Source: Candidatus Staskawiczbacteria bacterium (GTDB taxonomy: Bacteria > Patescibacteriota > Minisyncoccia > Minisyncoccales > Staskawiczbacteraceae). Taken from it: a stretch of 64,000 nucleotides of DNA. The stretch is taken from positions 27,662 to 91,661 of the forward strand of contig JAHFKU010000001.1 in the NCBI GenBank assembly GCA_023245195.1. Reading direction: 5' to 3'. Under the pieces are notes generated by a model. It had not been told where the DNA came from, searched no databases, and saw nothing but the letters and a program-made list of their open reading frames with translations. Shown piece by piece: positions 59,030-64,000 of this stretch (position 1 is its first letter; each line of letters starts with the position of its first letter). A program made the translations under genes and the position numbers.

Positions 59030-59248
59030 ATGTCATATAAGTTTACCGCTATTATTAATAAGGAATCAAAATGGTATGTAGCTCACTGTGTTGAATTAGG
59101 AGTGGTTAGCCAAGGAAAAACCATTGAAGGTGCGCAAAAAAATTTAAAAGAAGCAGTAGAGCTTTATTTAGAAGATAATCCAAAGGTTAAAACGTATCTT
59201 TCAAAAGTACCTTCTTTAATCACCACCTTTGAATTGCAGTATCGTTAG
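59030..59248 (+). CDS. hicB: HicB-like antitoxin
   Basis: WYVAHCVELGVVSQGKTIEGAQKNLKEAVELYLE. Confidence 0.88.
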   Translation: MSYKFTAIINKESKWYVAHCVELGVVSQGKTIEGAQKNLKEAVELYLEDNPKVKTYLSKVPSLITTFELQYR

Positions 59249-59251
59249 AAT

Positions 59252-59439
59252 ATGGCTAAGCCACTTTCTGCTAAAATAGTAATTAAAGTTTTATGCAAGG
59301 AGTTTGGCTTTTTCTTTGTTTCACAAAGGGGTAGCCAAACTCCTTGCATAAAGAATTATCACCCGGAACATTAAAAGGAATTTTGGATTTAGCCCAAGTA
59401 GATGAAAAGGAATTTAGAGAAAAATTAATAGAATTTTGA
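59252..59439 (+). pseudogene. hicA: HicA toxin with internal deletion and frameshift
   Basis: MAKPLSAKIVIKVL..FGF..VSQRGS, then in another frame LHKELSPGTLKGIL; the GSH His and central strands are missing. Confidence 0.8.
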
Positions 59440-59522
59440 AAATTTTGTAAAAAAAAGACCCCGTTCCAGTTCTGGTGTGGGGTATGCGCCTACTTAATTC
59501 GGCACCTCTTTAACAATTTTGT

Positions 59523-59717
59523 TTATTTTTTTTCCATCTCGGTAACCGCTTTGGTGACCAAGCAAAGCCCTATTCCGGTCACCATGATATAGATTGCATC
59601 GATACGATTTTTTTCTCTGTCTGTTGATTCAGAAGTACCCATAAAAACTCCCGCCAGAAATATAAAAGATCCAACAGTCATGAATAATAGCGTACAGAAG
59701 CGAAAAAAGAGATTCAT
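59523..59717 (-). CDS. Small 2-TM orphan protein
   Basis: TTGACA-17-TAGTAT, AAGGAG SD, terminator at about 59450-59484. Confidence 0.65.
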   Translation of the reverse strand: MNLFFRFCTLLFMTVGSFIFLAGVFMGTSESTDREKNRIDAIYIMVTGIGLCLVTKAVTEMEKK

Positions 59718-59845
59718 GCGGATTCTCCTTGAGAGATAGAAATCGCCAAGTTAGAGAGCTATATACATACTATATTACTAATAATATTTTGTCAATTAAT
59801 TGATTAGAAATTATTTAAAAATTCAAAATTAGAAATTAAAAATTC

Positions 59846-61921
59846 ATGAGTAGACAATATCCTATCGAAAAAATGCGAAACTTCGGAATCATCGCCCACA
59901 TTGATGCCGGTAAAACAACGGTATCCGAGCGCCTTTTGTTTTATACCGGCGTGTCCCACAAAATCGGAGAAGTGCACGAAGGCGACACCGTAATGGACTG
60001 GATGCCTCAAGAACGAGAACGGGGAATTACCATTACCGCTGCTGCGATCACCATGCACTGGAAGGGGATTCAAATGAACTTAATTGATACTCCTGGTCAC
60101 ATTGACTTTACGGCTGAAGTACAAAGATCATTAAGGGTTTTAGATGGAGCCGTAGTTGTCTTTGACGGCGTGGCCGGAGTTGAGCCCCAGTCTGAAACCG
60201 TTTGGCGCCAAGCTGATAAATACGGCACGCCGCGGGTTTGCTTTATTAATAAATTAGACCGCATGGGCGGCAGTTTTGAAAAATCTTTTCAGTCTATTTT
60301 AGATAAATTGACCAAAAATGCGGTGGCCATGACATTGCCCATTGGAGAAGAAGAAAATTTATCTGCGGTTATTGATTTGCTTAAGATGAAAGCCATTCAC
60401 TTTGAAGGTGAAAAAGGAGAGAAAGTAGTTGAAAAAGAAATTCCAGCTGAAATGATGGAAAAAGCCAAGGCTTGGCGCGAAAAAATGGTAGATAGGATCG
60501 CCGGCGAAGACGACACATTAACAAATAAATTATTGGGCGGAGAAGAGATTTCACAAGAAGAATTAATGGCAACCATGCGAAAAGCTTGTTTGGCTTTTAA
60601 ATTAGTGCCGGTATTTTGCGGCAGTGCTTTAAAAAATAAAGGCACCCAGTTTATTTTAGACGCCGTGATTGATTACTTGCCCGGCCCTATGGATATTGGA
60701 ATGGTTAAGGGAACCGATCCTAAAACCGGTGCCGAAATAGAAAGGAAATTTTCTGATACTGAACCATTTGCGGCTTTGGTGTTTAAAGTTGCCACGGATC
60801 CCTTTGTGGGCCAGCTGACGTTTTTTAGAGTCTATTCTGGAACCCTAAATAAAGGAACCTATGTCTTAAATTCAGTAACGGGCGAGCAAGAAAGAATTGC
60901 CCGGATTTTACGGATGAAATCAAATTCACGGGAAGAATTAGATGTGCTTTATGCCGGCGAAATCGGCGCTACGGTTGGATTGAAAGATACTTCAACTGGC
61001 CATACATTGTGCGACAAAGACAAGCCAGTGATTTTGGAAAAGATTTCTTTCCCAGAACCGGTTATTTCTATGCGGGTTGAGCCAAAAACCAAAGCTGACC
61101 AAGAAAAATTAATCATGTCGATTAGAAAACTTACTCAAGAAGATCCGACTTTTAGAATTAAGGAAGATATAGAAACCGGTGAAACCATTATTTCTGGCAT
61201 GGGAGAGTTGCACTTAGATATTATTCAAGATCGATTGCGCCGTGAATTTAATGTCGATGCTAACTTTGGCCGGCCTCAAGTGGCTTATAAAGAAACGATT
61301 ACCGGCGAAGCCGAAGCCGAAGAAAAATATGTCAGGCAGTCTGGCGGAAAAGGGCAGTATGGCCATGTGTGCATTAGGTTAAAGCCGTTGGAACGGGGCG
61401 CTGGATTTTCGTTTATTGATGAAATTAAGGGAGGCGCCATTCCAAAAGAATTTATTAAGCCAACCGAAAAAGGTATTATTGAGGCTTTAGATAAGGGAAT
61501 TGTGGCTGGTTATCCGATGGTAGACGTAGAAGTTACCTTGTTTGATGGAAGTTTCCATGATGTTGACTCTTCAGAATTTGCCTTTAAGATTGCCGGATCT
61601 ATTGCCCTGCAAGCCGGTGCCAAGCGCGCCAAACCGGTGATTTTGGAACCGATTATGAAAACCGAAGTTATCACTCCGGAAGCATTTTTTGGCCCAGTTA
61701 TTTCTGACTTAAATTCTCGCCGAGGAAAAATTGAACAAACCTATGAACGGGCTGGCATGAAAGTGATGGATGCCATGGTACCATTATCCGAAATGTTTGG
61801 GTATGCGACCGCCCTTCGTTCTCTAACAGAAGGCCGCGCATCGTTTACGATGGAGTTTAATTCCTACGAGCAAGTGCCTTCAAATGTGGCACAACAGATT
61901 ATTGAGGGGAAGACGAAATAG
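59846..61921 (+). CDS. fusA: Elongation factor G
   Basis: AHIDAGKTT, RGITI, DTPGH, NKLD, QSGGKGQYGH. Confidence 0.98.
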   Translation: MSRQYPIEKMRNFGIIAHIDAGKTTVSERLLFYTGVSHKIGEVHEGDTVMDWMPQERERGITITAAAITMHWKGIQMNLIDTPGHIDFTAEVQRSLRVLDGAVVVFDGVAGVEPQSETVWRQADKYGTPRVCFINKLDRMGGSFEKSFQSILDKLTKNAVAMTLPIGEEENLSAVIDLLKMKAIHFEGEKGEKVVEKEIPAEMMEKAKAWREKMVDRIAGEDDTLTNKLLGGEEISQEELMATMRKACLAFKLVPVFCGSALKNKGTQFILDAVIDYLPGPMDIGMVKGTDPKTGAEIERKFSDTEPFAALVFKVATDPFVGQLTFFRVYSGTLNKGTYVLNSVTGEQERIARILRMKSNSREELDVLYAGEIGATVGLKDTSTGHTLCDKDKPVILEKISFPEPVISMRVEPKTKADQEKLIMSIRKLTQEDPTFRIKEDIETGETIISGMGELHLDIIQDRLRREFNVDANFGRPQVAYKETITGEAEAEEKYVRQSGGKGQYGHVCIRLKPLERGAGFSFIDEIKGGAIPKEFIKPTEKGIIEALDKGIVAGYPMVDVEVTLFDGSFHDVDSSEFAFKIAGSIALQAGAKRAKPVILEPIMKTEVITPEAFFGPVISDLNSRRGKIEQTYERAGMKVMDAMVPLSEMFGYATALRSLTEGRASFTMEFNSYEQVPSNVAQQIIEGKTK

Positions 61922-61988
61922 TAAAATTTTACAAGAAAAAACCCCGCAACACGAAGTTGGGGGTGGGTTGATTAATTAAAAGAGCGGT

Positions 61989-62372
61989 TCAAGAAAGAGC
62001 TTTTAGCAGATCATCAAGCAGTTCGTCTTGTATTGGGGTTGCAATTGATGCCGCTTTCACACCGCCAAGCTCATTGAGTTTGCCGCGATACGCCAGAAGA
62101 ATAGCATTGAGCGCCACGAGGGGAATCTTCTCTTCCCACGAGCATTTCGCCAGGAACTCGCGCGTCGGTGCCTCTCCGTGTTGCTCGATGCAAACTTTGC
62201 CATTCTTGGTGATAGTGATAACCATTGTTTCGGGTCGATCTTTTTCTGGTTTTTGTATCACGAAACCAAAGAGTCGGCTTGCGTTCAATTTAGGAGCTGA
62301 AAGTAAAAATTCTCCCGCAACCTGCGTATTTGTTTCTTCGAATGTCTCCAAATAGATTTCTGTTCGGATCAT
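61989..62372 (-). CDS. Orphan protein
   Basis: GAGGAGG SD, upstream TTGACA, terminator at about 61935-61965. Confidence 0.6.
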   Translation of the reverse strand: MIRTEIYLETFEETNTQVAGEFLLSAPKLNASRLFGFVIQKPEKDRPETMVITITKNGKVCIEQHGEAPTREFLAKCSWEEKIPLVALNAILLAYRGKLNELGGVKAASIATPIQDELLDDLLKALS

Positions 62373-62510
62373 CGAATAGTCCTCCTCAATACGGTTGAAG
62401 TTGGAAATGAGCGATTTTTAACGTTAATCTTTTTTTCAGGATTTGTCAAATTTGACACGCTTTTCTGGAGGATTATAATGAGAGCATAATATAAAATAGA
62501 TTTTAAAAGT

Positions 62511-62786
62511 ATGAGCGAAGGTTACGCAGAGTTAATTCAGTATTTAGATGAAAAATTCAATAAAATTGGATTGGATTTAGTTGAAGTAAAAACAGATAAA
62601 GCTGATAAGGTAGATATTGCTTCTTTAAAAAAATCTTTTAATGATCTGCAAACTTCTGTTGATACATATGCCCAAAAAGCAGATACGTATTTTCAGGAAA
62701 TGGCCATGCTAACTCACAAAGTAAATAGACTCGAAAAATTTTTGGAAAAGGTGGCCGAAAAACTGGATATGAAATTTGAATATTAG
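62511..62786 (+). CDS. Small coiled-coil protein
   Basis: TTGACA-16-TATAAT promoter; heptad pattern. Confidence 0.75.
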   Translation: MSEGYAELIQYLDEKFNKIGLDLVEVKTDKADKVDIASLKKSFNDLQTSVDTYAQKADTYFQEMAMLTHKVNRLEKFLEKVAEKLDMKFEY

Positions 62787-62904
62787 CCTGTTTTAAGAAA
62801 AAGGGCGCAGAAAGGGGCGTTTTTTTTCAATAGGTCTTATTTATTCGTTTAAAAATTTGTAAAAAAAGAGCGCCAGTTTCTATATTTGGCGCACATGAGC
62901 ATTG

Positions 62905-63102
62905 TTACACAGTTTTGCGCGTGGCGGGTTTCTTTTTACGCTTTACCATATGCACATTGATTTCGTCGCTCCGAGGGTTTGACCTTAAGCGGGCTATTTT
63001 CCACCCGCCTGCAAGAAGCTTATTAAGATTTCTCATCCTTTTTTCGCCCTCTTTTGAATAATCGTTTTCTTTGATCTTTCTTAAGAGGATTTTCTTGCCC
63101 AT
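62905..63102 (-). CDS. Small basic orphan protein
   Basis: TTGACA-17-TACATT, AAGGAG SD, terminator at about 62861-62893. Confidence 0.6.
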   Translation of the reverse strand: MGKKILLRKIKENDYSKEGEKRMRNLNKLLAGGWKIARLRSNPRSDEINVHMVKRKKKPATRKTV

Positions 63103-63204
63103 GATTTCTCCTTATAAGTGCGGGCGAGCCTGTTAATGACCTGCATGCAATGTATTACAATAATCGGCATTTGTCAATAAAAATGTAAAACCGGCCACAT
63201 TGTA

Positions 63205-63233
63205 TTGACTTATTAAAAATAGTATAATAGTAT
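63205..63233 (+). promoter_or_regulatory. tuf promoter
   Basis: TTGACT-17-TAGTAT. Confidence 0.6.
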
Positions 63234-63336
63234 TAATAGAGTAAATAAATTTCACATAACACGTAACACATAACACGTAACAAAAAACGATTTCGTTGTT
63301 TTGTTCCATGTTTCATGTTATGTGTTTCATGATAAA

Positions 63337-64000
63337 ATGGCAGCAGAAAAATTTGAGAGGTCAAAACCTCACGTAAACATTGGTACCATCGGCCACGTTG
63401 ACCATGGAAAAACTACCACGTCAGCCGCAATTATGCACGTAACCAAATTACGTGGCTTAAAGTCGTCCGGACAAGGTGTTGATGAAATTGATAAGTCTCC
63501 GGAAGAAAAAGCTCGAGGGGTCACGATTTCTATCACTCACTTGGAAATGGAAACTCCAAAAAGGCACTATGCCTTAATTGACTGCCCGGGACACGCTGAC
63601 TACATTAAAAACATGATTACCGGAGCCGCTCAAATGGACGGCGGAATTTTAGTGGTATCAGCTCCAGACGGACCGATGCCTCAAACCAAAGAACATATTT
63701 TATTGGCCAAGCAAGTTGGTTTGCCAAGCCTTTTGGTATGGATGAACAAATGCGATATGGTAGATGATCCAGAAATTTTGGATTTGGTTGAATCTGAAAT
63801 CCGTGAATTATTGAAAAAATACGGGTTTCCAGGAGATACTACGCCAATTATCAGGGGTTCAGCCGTTAAAGCTTTAGCTGCAACTTCTCTTGATGATGCC
63901 GCTGCCAAGCCAATCGTTGAATTATTGGATGCTTGCGATAATTATATTCCAGAACCTACCCGCGAATTAGACAAGCCTTTTGCGATGGCTATTGAAGACG
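63337..64000 (+). CDS. tuf: Elongation factor Tu (runs off window; absent from ORF track)
   Basis: [57 protein letters not shown]. Confidence 0.97.
   Translation, partial: MAAEKFERSKPHVNIGTIGHVDHGKTTTSAAIMHVTKLRGLKSSGQGVDEIDKSPEEKARGVTISITHLEMETPKRHYALIDCPGHADYIKNMITGAAQMDGGILVVSAPDGPMPQTKEHILLAKQVGLPSLLVWMNKCDMVDDPEILDLVESEIRELLKKYGFPGDTTPIIRGSAVKALAATSLDDAAAKPIVELLDACDNYIPEPTRELDKPFAMAIED

Noticed and set aside
63681-63908. Minus-strand 75 aa ORF
   Set aside because: Antisense to tuf.

Overview
64 kb of AT-rich chromosome that looks like a Patescibacteria/CPR (Parcubacteria-like) bacterium. This is inferred from gene content, few Shine-Dalgarno sites on core genes and typical small proteins. 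In order, the window holds: the tail of a polysaccharide locus, murB-hpf-secA, a nucleotide house-cleaning cluster, secDF, tgt/sod/ndk, two giant Ser/Thr/Gly-rich surface proteins (about 1450 and 4529 aa), rpmB and an interrupted str operon (rpsL-rpsG-fusA-tuf). Main observations: (1) A transketolase N-terminal gene is split in two by an HNH endonuclease ORF. Each half carries one DnaJ-type CxxCxGxG motif at the break, suggesting a splicing-free 'zinc clasp' that rejoins the halves. (2) There is a dense set of palindromic repeat families: 165-180 nt covarying hairpins, heptamer inverted repeats and short in-frame coding palindromes. A REP-flanked HUH (RAYT-like) transposase carries its own REP inside its ORF. 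(3) A probable 6S RNA carries a 167 nt hairpin insertion. (4) A synonymously diverged duplicate of the rpmB 3' end sits between two hairpin elements. (5) Seven self-contained promoter-ORFan-terminator mini-cassettes occur, six with a strong SD and four antisense inside the str operon. No tRNA, rRNA, CRISPR array or reverse transcriptase was recognised. All product calls come from motif reading only; no database searches were run.
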